Shown piece by piece: positions 26,709 to 36,268 of a stretch of DNA of 60,506 nucleotides (positions are counted from its first letter, which is position 1; the number at the start of each line of letters is the position of its first letter). Under the pieces are notes generated by a model, which was not told the origin of the DNA, searched no databases, and was given only the letters and a program-made list of their open reading frames with translations. The DNA comes from a virus (lineage: Duplodnaviria; Caudoviricetes): the IMG/VR virus record IMGVR_UViG_3300010412_000013, positions 1-60,506 of that record. One strand, given 5' to 3'. The position numbers and the translations under genes were made by a program.

Positions 26709-27386
26709 ATGTCCAGAAAAAAAAGCGCACCGTTAAAAGAACATTACAAAAAAGTTCAACCAATAACAAAAAATCAGGAGGCGGCTTTTACATCATACAA
26801 AGAGGGTTATAATCTGGTTCTGTCTGGATATGCCGGAACCGGAAAAACCTATATCGCCATGGCAATGGCATTTGAGGCACTGTTCGATAACAGTTCGATA
26901 GACAATATTATCATTGTCAGGAGTGCCGTACCAACACAAGACTTGGGTCACCTCCCTGGGACTTTCGAAGAAAAGATTGCACCCTATGAAGAACCCTATG
27001 AATCAATCTGTTCGGATTTGTTCAAGGTCAAGGGTGTATATGACCACATGAAGGAGCTTGGCTATATCACCTTCATGCCAGTCTCGTTTATTCGTGGTCT
27101 CACCTTTGACAACTCAATCATTGTGGTAGACGAGTTTCAAAATTGCAATTTTCACGCTTTGGATTCCGTTATTACCCGTGTCGGCAACAATTCGCGCATC
27201 ATCTTCTCTGGGGATTCAACCCAATCCGACCTGAAAAAGACCAACGAAAAACATGATGTCATTGATTTTACTAACATTCTTGATACGATGCCTCAATTCA
27301 GGCACATCCAGTTTGGAGAAAATGACATCGTGCGTAGCGAATTGGTGAAAGACTATATAATAAGGAAACATAAAGCCGGAAAATAG
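26709..27386 (+). CDS. phoH: PhoH-family ATPase
   Basis: GYAGTGKT, LGHLPG, RGLTF, VDEFQN, ITRVG, GDxxQSD, DIVRS. Confidence 0.95.
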   Translation: MSRKKSAPLKEHYKKVQPITKNQEAAFTSYKEGYNLVLSGYAGTGKTYIAMAMAFEALFDNSSIDNIIIVRSAVPTQDLGHLPGTFEEKIAPYEEPYESICSDLFKVKGVYDHMKELGYITFMPVSFIRGLTFDNSIIVVDEFQNCNFHALDSVITRVGNNSRIIFSGDSTQSDLKKTNEKHDVIDFTNILDTMPQFRHIQFGENDIVRSELVKDYIIRKHKAGK

Positions 27387-27388
27387 CC

Positions 27389-28372
27389 ATGCAAGAGTTC
27401 AACGACTTCAATCTATTACAAGAGGGGATTTCGCCCCTCTTGTTCCATATTACGAGCATAAAAAGCCTCTACGAAATGCTGAGTGGAGACAGGCTTTTCT
27501 TGCGCCCGTTGCTGAGGTCAATGGCAGACACTGTGGCTGACCCGTCAGGAATCTCGTCTACCGGAAAGGGTAAGGTTGAAAAGCTGTTCTTCCTGTCTAC
27601 TGCAAGAACCATGCATAGCCAGTACATCGACAGTTCATTCGACCGCTCCCGTGCCCATGTGGTTCTGGAACTGGATGGCAGGCTTCTGTCTACCCGTTAT
27701 TCCGGCAATCCCCTGGACTATTGGGGAAAAGACTTCCGCAACATGCTCAGTGGCAAGTATGAACAGGAAGACAGGATTTACCATACAGAACCCTATATCC
27801 CAAATGCCACAAAGTATATCAAGGCAATTCATATCCACATGCCCCAGACATACATTGACAAGCAGCTAAAAGAAAACGATAACATGAAGAAATTCATATC
27901 GGGTTCATTGCTTGTCGCCAAGAGAAAGGGCGTACCTGTACACTTCTACAATGACAAGGCAACCTTCTTTTCGAGAAGGAATCCGGTCAACTTTGACGTG
28001 TCGGCACTGAAAAGAACCGTTGAACCCTTCTCAAGTTCGATATACCGAGAAGACAGGAATAACACAGTTCTTGTGGCGAGGGGTCTTGCCCGATTCATGA
28101 CCGAGGTCGAGGATGTCAAGACCATGGACAAGGTTCTGGATGAACCCACAAAGAAATGGCTCAGGAACAACATGTTCAAGACAAGGGGGGATTTGGGTCA
28201 AACCGTACAAATCCTGTTCAACGACTTGTCGGATGTCTCAATTTCTACTGACGCCAGCCGAGATGCTGCAAAGCAGTTGGCAAAGGTCATGAGTAAGTAT
28301 CACATGAGAAGCCCTTCTGATTTTGGGGAACTTATCATTAACAAATACATTAAACTAACCAGAGGCATATAA
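27389..28372 (+). CDS. Putative ADP-ribosyltransferase-like virion protein
   Basis: MQEFNDF.LLQE leader; LFHIT...FLSTAR...VVLELDG...YEQEDRI (H, S-T, ExE motifs). Confidence 0.45.
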   Translation: MQEFNDFNLLQEGISPLLFHITSIKSLYEMLSGDRLFLRPLLRSMADTVADPSGISSTGKGKVEKLFFLSTARTMHSQYIDSSFDRSRAHVVLELDGRLLSTRYSGNPLDYWGKDFRNMLSGKYEQEDRIYHTEPYIPNATKYIKAIHIHMPQTYIDKQLKENDNMKKFISGSLLVAKRKGVPVHFYNDKATFFSRRNPVNFDVSALKRTVEPFSSSIYREDRNNTVLVARGLARFMTEVEDVKTMDKVLDEPTKKWLRNNMFKTRGDLGQTVQILFNDLSDVSISTDASRDAAKQLAKVMSKYHMRSPSDFGELIINKYIKLTRGI

Positions 28373-28373
28373 T

Positions 28374-28889
28374 ATGAAATATGAACCTAATGCATTGGTA
28401 CACGCACTGGCACCTAACTTCAAGATGTTTGAAATCGCCAAATCTTCAACCGCCACCCGTTATGGAATAGAGAATACCCCATCACCGGAAGTGGTAGACA
28501 ATGCCATAGAGCTGGCTGTAAACTGTCTTCAACCCATTCGCAAACAGTTTGGCGCGGTTCATGTGGAATCGTGGTATCGTTGCGAAGAACTGGAAAAAAT
28601 CATTGCCAAGTCAGGTTTTGAATCGTGGTGCAAGAAGAATGGTCGAAATGTGACCGACCCCAAGTCATGGGATGATTATTTTGCGGTCAAGTCTCACCCG
28701 AAAGGTGAGGCGGCTGACATTGAAGTGGGTGGATTGTCCAATGATGTTCTGTTCGAATGGTGCAAGAAGAACCTGAAATATGACCAATTGATTCGCGAAT
28801 TCCCGAAAGCTGGTGACCCTATGTCCGGCTGGGTTCATATTTCCTACCGCAAGGGCAACAACAGGCAAATGGCTTTCACGATTGGATAA
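28374..28889 (+). CDS. Peptidase M15A-type Zn peptidase (probable endolysin)
   Basis: SxTA.R.GI.N.P, LQPIR, SWYR, SH..GEAADI, WVHISY. Confidence 0.85.
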   Translation: MKYEPNALVHALAPNFKMFEIAKSSTATRYGIENTPSPEVVDNAIELAVNCLQPIRKQFGAVHVESWYRCEELEKIIAKSGFESWCKKNGRNVTDPKSWDDYFAVKSHPKGEAADIEVGGLSNDVLFEWCKKNLKYDQLIREFPKAGDPMSGWVHISYRKGNNRQMAFTIG

Positions 28890-28892
28890 ATA
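28885..28892 (+). promoter_or_regulatory. Late promoter GATAAATA
   Basis: Heads the coupled 28919-34395 run of leader-bearing genes. Confidence 0.55.
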
Positions 28893-28918
28893 CAGGATAG
28901 CCAAACGGAATATAAGCC

Positions 28919-29296
28919 ATGCAAACACTAACAGAAGGGTTCAGCGTACAAGACGTTCTGGACAGACTTGAAATCATGAAGGATGTTCTTCCTATCGTCA
29001 GGAAAGAAGTTCTTTTATCATTCGACAACACGGCTGATAAGGTCTCCGCCTCCAACATAAACACAGTCTTTGATGCACTGGAAAGGTTCACGGGTCAATT
29101 GGAAAAGGGTGTCAAAGGCAAGAAAGCCCTTGATGACAAAGACAAGAAAGCCATCAAGAACTATGTATTCATCTACAATGATGTCGGCAATAAGGTCAAT
29201 TCACTTCTGAATGCAAAGAAAGCCAAACGTAGCCACAACCTGAAAGTAGGGTTCGACATGATGAATCATGCTGTCAGGGTTATATCACAGGCTTGA
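28919..29296 (+). CDS. Hypothetical protein with short LTE leader
   Basis: MQTLTEG N-terminus. Confidence 0.5.
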   Translation: MQTLTEGFSVQDVLDRLEIMKDVLPIVRKEVLLSFDNTADKVSASNINTVFDALERFTGQLEKGVKGKKALDDKDKKAIKNYVFIYNDVGNKVNSLLNAKKAKRSHNLKVGFDMMNHAVRVISQA

Positions 29297-29299
29297 ATC

Positions 29300-30058
29300 A
29301 TGCAATCATTTATCCAACACACACAACTCGATGAAGCCCTTTCAAAGGTCACTTATGAGCAATATACCGCCATCATGGAAGGAAGGCTTGATGAAGGCAT
29401 TATTGATTTTGCCGTTGGTCTGAAGAAAGACATAGCCAAGGTGTTTGCTGAATTTAAGGATGAAATCCAGAAACTGATTCAGGAATTTGGTGATGAAGCC
29501 AAGGATATTGCCAAGGGATTTGCCACCAAGAAGATGTTCTACATTTTCAGGGCATTCAAGTTCAGTGTGAAAGCCATGACAGCTATCTTGGTGAAGGTTG
29601 CCGGTCTGTGGAGAGAAAGCCTTGGTGCCATATTCGAGGAAATGGCAAAGAGTGGTATCATGAAAAAAATACAAAGTGGTGCCATGAAGATTGACGAGGT
29701 TCTTGCCAAGTACCCCATCCTGAAAAAAATAAGTGGTCCACTGGTTGCCGGTCTACTGATTTATATCTGGCTGAACATGTCATTTATTGGCGACCCGCAA
29801 TATGACCTTGACTTCATGTCTGTGTTCGGTGCGCTTGGTGGAAATTTTTCACTGGCTGACCTGTTCACTGGAAAATCCGGATTGATGTTGATTACATTGT
29901 TTAGTACAGGCGGATTTATATCTGCACCATGGTTGGGCAATACTGCTGCAAATATTGTGTTGGCATTGATGTATACCGCACTTACTGCCTACAAGAAAAA
30001 TCATCCGGTGGCTGTAAGGCTACGCAACAAACTGAAAATGGTGAGGGTGAGAGCATGA
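29300..30058 (+). CDS. Leader-bearing protein with hydrophobic multi-helix C-terminus
   Basis: MQSFIQH..LDE leader; about three hydrophobic Gly-rich helices at the C-terminus. Confidence 0.55.
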   Translation: MQSFIQHTQLDEALSKVTYEQYTAIMEGRLDEGIIDFAVGLKKDIAKVFAEFKDEIQKLIQEFGDEAKDIAKGFATKKMFYIFRAFKFSVKAMTAILVKVAGLWRESLGAIFEEMAKSGIMKKIQSGAMKIDEVLAKYPILKKISGPLVAGLLIYIWLNMSFIGDPQYDLDFMSVFGALGGNFSLADLFTGKSGLMLITLFSTGGFISAPWLGNTAANIVLALMYTALTAYKKNHPVAVRLRNKLKMVRVRA

Positions 30059-31116
30059 AAAATTTTTCTGATATGTCAAAGGTCATTACCGAAAAGCGTT
30101 CACATTCTGATGTGAACCAGAGAACGTCTTTGTCGCATGAGTTTATGAAGGTCATCGATAACAACAATATCTATATTCACTTTTCAAACAAGAACATTAT
30201 TGGTGTTACAGCTAACCCTGATTACAATACACCTGCCGGTGTCTATGCATGGCAGTTGAATTCCTACAAGAAGGAAATAAAAGACAGGATTGCCGATAGT
30301 GTACATGATGCAAATAAAACGCTACAAAGAATTGATTCTGGTGAGTATGTTATCGATTCCCTTCCTGCAAAAATAGCATTCGAAAACACCAAACGAACTG
30401 CTGCCGGTCATGACATCTCGGTAAACATCGTGTTCCCTTACAGAGGCGATGCCAAATTTGTTCACATACTGGAAGCCAAGTCTGGTCTGAGGTGGTTTAG
30501 GTTAGGAAGTTCAGAGAGACTTTCTAGGCAGGAATTCTATAAAAACATGGAGATTCTTGAAACCTTCATACTGAATAATCCAACATATTCAAGCCTGTTC
30601 ACTGTGGGTGACATGTCAGACTTTGTGGATTTTCTTGAATCGTCCGAAAATGAACTAGACCACTACAATAACTTCTTTGCAAAAACTTATTACAATATGA
30701 GTATGGTCAGGAAAGAGGTTGACCGTGGCGCAGATGAAGCCAAGAGATGGTATTTGAGGCTGAATTATTTTGGTGCATTTGCTACATACAATCCATTTTC
30801 AAACAGAAGCATATTACTCTACTCACTGATTAATAGAATGAACAATTTTCTTCCTGAAGGCAGACAGGCTAACATGAAGAATGTGATTTTCAGGGAGATG
30901 GGTTATGATGCCATCCGTGATGATGGTTCAGGCGTTATATTCAATTGGGATGAACGCCATCAAGTTGTGTTCCTACACTCAGGCGCGTACAAGGTAAAAA
31001 CCATGCTTCCCAATACCGACATTTCAAGAAGCGAGAGGCATGAGTTATTTGGAAGGGGCAAGTCGAGACCAAAAGGCGAAAAGGGTTCTGGTGTAGGAGT
31101 AATTAATAAACCATGA
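30055..31116 (+). CDS. Paralog 1 of 4: ART-like putative virion protein
   Basis: Start reassigned to ATGA overlap (MKNFSD..ITEKR); YIHFS, TPxGVYxWQL, GYDAIRDDG, ExxQVVFL. Confidence 0.6.
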   Translation: MKNFSDMSKVITEKRSHSDVNQRTSLSHEFMKVIDNNNIYIHFSNKNIIGVTANPDYNTPAGVYAWQLNSYKKEIKDRIADSVHDANKTLQRIDSGEYVIDSLPAKIAFENTKRTAAGHDISVNIVFPYRGDAKFVHILEAKSGLRWFRLGSSERLSRQEFYKNMEILETFILNNPTYSSLFTVGDMSDFVDFLESSENELDHYNNFFAKTYYNMSMVRKEVDRGADEAKRWYLRLNYFGAFATYNPFSNRSILLYSLINRMNNFLPEGRQANMKNVIFREMGYDAIRDDGSGVIFNWDERHQVVFLHSGAYKVKTMLPNTDISRSERHELFGRGKSRPKGEKGSGVGVINKP

Positions 31117-32204
31117 AAAAATTTTCCGAAGTATCAAAAGAACTGAATGAGAAACGTGCCCATGCCGACATGAATCCCAAGGAAAGTGTTGTCAAGTATT
31201 TGCTGGACAATCTGAATAACAACAACGTTTACATTCACTTCTCGAATATCGAAAAGGTAGGAATCAATCCAAACACAAAATGGGCAACACCCATTGGTGT
31301 CTATGGATGGCAGTTGAACTACTACAAGAAAAAACTCATTCAGAATGTCGAAGACGTTAAAAATATTGCTGTCGATTTTTTCAAGGAATATAAACTGACA
31401 CCCAATTCAACACAGGCTGAGGTTGAAGCAAAGGGAATAGACTGGAAGAACTTTGTCTCTGCCGTGGGAATGTTGAATGGCACTTCTGGGGTTAAACTGG
31501 CTCGCGTATTTCCCTTCATGACTGAAGCAAAGTATATGCACGTTATCGAAGCCAAGTCAGGTCTCAAGTGGTTAAGGATTGGTGATTCAAGAACCAGTGA
31601 TAAGGAAGTTATGGATGGAGTGAAGATATTGGAAATGTTCATCCTTAAAGAAAGTGACAAGACAGTAGAAAACATGACTGGTCATAAGCTGGATGGCAGT
31701 TCAAACTATATGCGACTATTCAGGGAATCTGACTTTCCCGCACTCAAAAAGTGGTTCGGCTTATCTGAAGAAAAAATCAAAACAACTCTTGAAAGGCTAC
31801 AGAATAATCCGAATCCAGCCGAAATGAAGCCTTGGCTTGCCAGAGCCATAATCACTGATGTGATGGCACTACATACAACGAAAGATGGAAATGCCAAGTT
31901 CCTGTTTCAGTTGGTCAATGACATTTCAATGAATTTGGTAAAATCTCGCTTGCAGGCAGGCATCATGAAAACGACCATATACAGGGCTATGGGTTACGAT
32001 GCTATCCGCGATGATGGTACTGGTACATTCTATAGCATGAATGAGCCTGCCCAAGTGGTATTCCTGCACCCGAATGCCTACACGGTCAGGAAGACACTAA
32101 ATAATGATTCGGTTGAGAGAGAAAAGCGTAAAGCCCTTTTCGGTTTCGATTCCCAGACAAAAGCAGATTCATTTAAAAAAGCAAAATTCGAAAGCAGTTG
32201 GTAA
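31113..32204 (+). CDS. Paralog 2 of 4: ART-like putative virion protein
   Basis: MKKFSE..LNEKRAH; same conserved blocks. Confidence 0.6.
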   Translation: MKKFSEVSKELNEKRAHADMNPKESVVKYLLDNLNNNNVYIHFSNIEKVGINPNTKWATPIGVYGWQLNYYKKKLIQNVEDVKNIAVDFFKEYKLTPNSTQAEVEAKGIDWKNFVSAVGMLNGTSGVKLARVFPFMTEAKYMHVIEAKSGLKWLRIGDSRTSDKEVMDGVKILEMFILKESDKTVENMTGHKLDGSSNYMRLFRESDFPALKKWFGLSEEKIKTTLERLQNNPNPAEMKPWLARAIITDVMALHTTKDGNAKFLFQLVNDISMNLVKSRLQAGIMKTTIYRAMGYDAIRDDGTGTFYSMNEPAQVVFLHPNAYTVRKTLNNDSVEREKRKALFGFDSQTKADSFKKAKFESSW

Positions 32205-32207
32205 GTA

Positions 32208-33236
32208 ATGAAAAAGTTTTCAGAACTCACAAAGGTATTATCAGAGAAACGTGCCCATGCCGACATGAATGAAAAGGAATGGGTTGCCAAATATCTGATG
32301 GATAACATCAACAACAATAACCTGTACCTTCACTTCTCGAACATCAACAAGGTCGGCATCAAGCCAAGAAACGAATGGGATACGCCTCAAGGTGTCTATG
32401 GATGGCAGTTGAATGCATACAAGAAAACCATCAAGAAAATAGTCAGTGACGTGTCTGCTGATGCAAAGCAGACTATGGGTCAAAAAACCTACTTTGATAC
32501 CATGAATGACAAGGAGAAATACCTAACAACACAAAGAGCCAAGGGCGATGGAAGCGGAGTTTTTCTTACTGGTGTATTTCCATTCAGGGATGATTCCACC
32601 TACCTTCATGTGATTGAAGCCAAGTCTGGTCTCAGGTGGCTGAAACTTCATGGTGGAAACCACACACTTGATGACTTTCTGGACATCCTGAATGCCATCG
32701 AGATATATTGGTCACATAACGCAGACACTATGGGTTACATGAGAAGGGAAATGAATGCAGACAGAACTCCTGTTTATAAATTCACCCAAGAACAAATTTC
32801 CATGATGAAAAGGTACTACCAGCTTGACGACAGCGAAATACAGAAGGTCATTGAAAAGTTATATGACGAATACAAGACAAACAAACAAAGCCAGCTTTCT
32901 ACTATATGGTATTTCAGAAAAGAGTATATAATGTATTACATCTATAGCTATATGAATCGAGGTAATGCTTTTTCTGTTGGTGCTTATATGCTACTCAAAA
33001 TTGTTTGCAAAAAGCTATCAAGAAATGACGCACAGGTTGCCATTTCGATGAATGCCATCCTACGCGCCGCCGGTTTTGATGCGGTTCGTGATGATGGTGA
33101 AGGAATCCTGTTCAATGATGACGAGAGTAATCAGGTTGTGTTCCTACACGCAGGCGCGTACACGGTCAAGAAAACTTTGCTCAATACGTCACTGCCCCGT
33201 AGCACCAGAGCCAAAGTGTTTGGTAAGGGAGCATAA
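32208..33236 (+). CDS. Paralog 3 of 4: ART-like putative virion protein
   Basis: MKKFSE..LSEKRAH; same conserved blocks. Confidence 0.6.
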   Translation: MKKFSELTKVLSEKRAHADMNEKEWVAKYLMDNINNNNLYLHFSNINKVGIKPRNEWDTPQGVYGWQLNAYKKTIKKIVSDVSADAKQTMGQKTYFDTMNDKEKYLTTQRAKGDGSGVFLTGVFPFRDDSTYLHVIEAKSGLRWLKLHGGNHTLDDFLDILNAIEIYWSHNADTMGYMRREMNADRTPVYKFTQEQISMMKRYYQLDDSEIQKVIEKLYDEYKTNKQSQLSTIWYFRKEYIMYYIYSYMNRGNAFSVGAYMLLKIVCKKLSRNDAQVAISMNAILRAAGFDAVRDDGEGILFNDDESNQVVFLHAGAYTVKKTLLNTSLPRSTRAKVFGKGA

Positions 33237-33237
33237 T

Positions 33238-34395
33238 ATGCAATTCAAAGAATTCCCCAACCTTATGGAAAAACGCGCACACAGTGAACTCAATCCAAAA
33301 GATTGGGTGGCAAAGAATATCATGGATGTCATTGACAACAACAATATCTATATCCATTTTGGAAACATTGAAAAAGTTGGTATTGACCCAGTAACACAAT
33401 GGGAAACTCCAAATGGTGTCTATGCATGGCAGTTGAACGCATACAAGAAAAAGATAAAGGAAAGGGTTGCGGATTATAAGAATGCTGCCATAAAAACTCT
33501 TGGTGGATATGGTTTAAGTGAAAAATCCACTACTGCCGAAATTATGGCAGTATTGAAACAGGTTCCTGAAAACAATAGGGTTCTTGTTAATGCGCTGAAT
33601 ACTATCAGGGGGGATGGTACGGGTGTTAGTATAATGAACATCTTTCCATTCAGGGATGATTCCAAATATGTGCATATACTCGAAGCCAAGTCCGGCTTGA
33701 AGTGGCTGAAACTGTATAAGGGAAATGCTTCGATGGCTGACCTTAAACATGCCTGCGAAACACTTGAAATGTATCTGTTGAATTCAAACAAAGACATTTC
33801 CAAGGTAATTTCGTTTGACGTGTTTTCAGTTCTATCTGACGATAAAGAGGTTTTTGGCAAGAAGGTTTCATTTGACCAAAATGAAATGTCTTGGGTAAAA
33901 ATGATTTATGGTATTGATAATAAACATATCAAGGCAGTATTGAACACAATTGATAAAGGAAATGATTCAAAACTTGAGAGACTGTGGTATGTCAGGAAGC
34001 TGGTTGTCAATGTTGCCGAATATGTTGGTTATGACAGAAGCAATATCAATAAGGTGATTTACCATATTGTTGAAAGGGTTGCGCGTAGACTTGATACCAA
34101 TGACGCAAAGAGAGCCGCGATTAAAACGGTTCTGTTCAGAGCTATGGGATATGATGCCATCCGTGATGATGGTGGAGGCATTCTTTATAATTCTGGTGAA
34201 CCATCACAGGTCGTGTTCCTAACACCCAATTCATATATCGTCAAGAAGACGATGAACAATGATTCGTTGTCTAGGCTGAAACGTCAGGAGTGGTTCGGCT
34301 ATGATAGCCAGACCGGACAAGATTCTACCCAGAAGTTTGAGAACTCCCATGTGACGACAGCAAAGCTGGGTAAACCAGTGAAGGCATTCCAGTAA
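33238..34395 (+). CDS. Paralog 4 of 4: ART-like putative virion protein
   Basis: Start reassigned (GGGAG RBS; MQFKEF..LMEKRAH); same conserved blocks. Confidence 0.6.
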   Translation: MQFKEFPNLMEKRAHSELNPKDWVAKNIMDVIDNNNIYIHFGNIEKVGIDPVTQWETPNGVYAWQLNAYKKKIKERVADYKNAAIKTLGGYGLSEKSTTAEIMAVLKQVPENNRVLVNALNTIRGDGTGVSIMNIFPFRDDSKYVHILEAKSGLKWLKLYKGNASMADLKHACETLEMYLLNSNKDISKVISFDVFSVLSDDKEVFGKKVSFDQNEMSWVKMIYGIDNKHIKAVLNTIDKGNDSKLERLWYVRKLVVNVAEYVGYDRSNINKVIYHIVERVARRLDTNDAKRAAIKTVLFRAMGYDAIRDDGGGILYNSGEPSQVVFLTPNSYIVKKTMNNDSLSRLKRQEWFGYDSQTGQDSTQKFENSHVTTAKLGKPVKAFQ

Positions 34396-34423
34396 AGATT
34401 AACAAAATTTAATGTTTGTTTGG

Positions 34424-34452
34424 GTGGATAAAACAGGTATATAGGCTATAAT
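34424..34452 (+). promoter_or_regulatory. Early-type promoter GTGGAT-N17-TATAAT
   Basis: Same geometry as other family members; ATTGTGA downstream as at 19995. Confidence 0.55.
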
Positions 34453-34487
34453 ATCATTGTGAGTTGTCTTTTTAGTGAGTTTGAAAA

Positions 34488-35024
34488 ATGAGTAAAATCC
34501 TGATTATCGCTCTCCATGGCAAGAATAGCCATCCCAACAAGTCTGCCACCATCAAGGCTATTCGAGAACGATTCTCAAATGAGAACGAGTTTCGTATTCT
34601 TGCCCCTGCCTATGACTCCACAAAGCGTTTTGGGGAGCTTGTCGAATACTTTGACCTGTTGCTGCCCCGACTGAATAAAATCGCTGAAAAGCACGAAATT
34701 GTGGCTGTGGTGGGCACTTCCTTGGGTGGTTTCTGGGCACGTTACATTGCGTCTAAAATCACTGGTGCCGGTTGGATTGGTCTGAACCCCAGTATGTTAT
34801 TCTATGGTATTGGTGTGATTGGTTGTGGTTTTGGTGAAAACCCTAATACTCCCAAAAGACTGATTATTGCCGGTGATGATGATGTAGTCGACCCCAATGT
34901 GGCTGTCGACATGTTCCGTGGTGATGCCCACATAACCGTGATTGATGGCGGTCACCGTTTCACCGAGAATCTTGGCACCGTCTTGGCTCTTGTCGAGAAA
35001 TCAATATATACCCTTCACGATTAA
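34488..35024 (+). CDS. YqiA/UPF0227-like alpha/beta hydrolase
   Basis: LHG, GTSLGG nucleophile elbow, LNP, DDVV, GGHRF. Confidence 0.85.
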   Translation: MSKILIIALHGKNSHPNKSATIKAIRERFSNENEFRILAPAYDSTKRFGELVEYFDLLLPRLNKIAEKHEIVAVVGTSLGGFWARYIASKITGAGWIGLNPSMLFYGIGVIGCGFGENPNTPKRLIIAGDDDVVDPNVAVDMFRGDAHITVIDGGHRFTENLGTVLALVEKSIYTLHD

Positions 35025-35352
35025 CCGAGAGACTTTATTATGCCCGAAGTGAGAGTAGGCTACTGCAAAAAACATTACTTGGTCTTTAACAAGGATAACA
35101 AGAAATTCCATTTGGTTCATGAAGATGGTTCAAATAAGATTGAGCTGAAATCACATGATATGTTTCATGCCAGACAAGAAATGAACAAAATCCTGTTACC
35201 AATAACTAACTGATAGGTAATTTATTATGAAGACAAGTGATTATGATGATGTTATCAAAAACAAGCCAAGATATTCCGCCATATTCAAGGTAAGCAAGGT
35301 TCCTAATTGGGCAGCTAACCATTACTTACAAAACAATGAATGAGGTGACAAA

Positions 35353-35631
35353 ATGCCTAAAGTGAAATTTTATGTTCTGCAAGACACAAAATCCGGTTCA
35401 TTTTTTGGGCGCACTGTACCGTCAGAAAAAATCAGGCGCTATGCAAAAGACCTTTCTGATGAACCGGAGTTTTTCCATTCGGTCAAAAGCGCAAAGCAGT
35501 GTGCCAGAATAAACGAAAAGACATCATACCATCCAAATGGATACTGCAATGGTTTTGACCCCTATACGCCTGACTTCAAGGTCATGGAAATCGAAGCCGA
35601 CTTGTCTTCCTCACTGAAATATATTCCATAA
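35353..35631 (+). CDS. Hypothetical protein
   Basis: GAGGTG RBS. Confidence 0.5.
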   Translation: MPKVKFYVLQDTKSGSFFGRTVPSEKIRRYAKDLSDEPEFFHSVKSAKQCARINEKTSYHPNGYCNGFDPYTPDFKVMEIEADLSSSLKYIP

Positions 35632-35633
35632 CC

Positions 35634-35641
35634 AATAAATA
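35634..35641 (+). promoter_or_regulatory. Late promoter AATAAATA
   Basis: Directly upstream of a lone leader-bearing gene. Confidence 0.55.
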
Positions 35642-35673
35642 CCGGAAAGCCTAACGCAATCCGGTATTCTCAC

Positions 35674-36258
35674 ATGAAGCAATTCAAAGAACTCAGGCAG
35701 GAAGCCGACCAACACAAGAACCTGACAGAATCCTTCAAGAACCTGTTCGACAAGGATTCCGAAGAACGCAAGAAATATGCTGGCGAAGTCTGGAACATCC
35801 TGCAAACATCCTACGCCAAGATAGGTGGCATCAAGGGAAACGGTTTCAGGTCGATTGATGACATGATAGCCAGCATACCCTTCTGGAAGCTATCCATCCG
35901 CAATGGCATCGTGACAGCCGTGGCAATGTACAAAGACACCAATGGAAGGAAGCGTGTCGCCATAGGAACCAATGGAACCCCGCAGGGCAAGTCTGATATA
36001 GCCAATATCCTAGTGGCTGATATGCGTCAATACAGAGCCTATGCCGAAGTATCCGATGCATCCCTGAAGTTCATCAAGAAGCAGTTTTCTGAACAGGAAA
36101 TGGCAAAGTATTTCGTGCCAGTCGAGGTTGTCCAGAAGAAGGTTTTCCCTTATGAAGAAATCCGACCAGTTGACAAATTCAGCTACATGAGAAACATTGG
36201 TGGCGAATGGAAAGAGAAGGTCATGATTGGCAATGTCAATGCCCCAAGAATCCAGTAA
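35674..36258 (+). CDS. Conserved T4-like protein with capsid-targeting-like leader (possible GNAT-like fold)
   Basis: MKQFKEL...LTE; VWxILQxSYxxIGG, WKL, MYKD..GRK, EVS. Confidence 0.55.
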   Translation: MKQFKELRQEADQHKNLTESFKNLFDKDSEERKKYAGEVWNILQTSYAKIGGIKGNGFRSIDDMIASIPFWKLSIRNGIVTAVAMYKDTNGRKRVAIGTNGTPQGKSDIANILVADMRQYRAYAEVSDASLKFIKKQFSEQEMAKYFVPVEVVQKKVFPYEEIRPVDKFSYMRNIGGEWKEKVMIGNVNAPRIQ

Positions 36259-36268
36259 CACTTTGGAC

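Noticed and set aside
29929-30054. Extended N-termini of paralogs 1 and 4 (track starts 29929 and 33052)
   Set aside because: They overlap upstream genes; paralog alignment places the starts at 30055 and 33238.
30055-34395. Diversity-generating retroelement as source of paralog variation
   Set aside because: No RT and no adenine-specific TR/VR pair; divergence is spread across whole domains.
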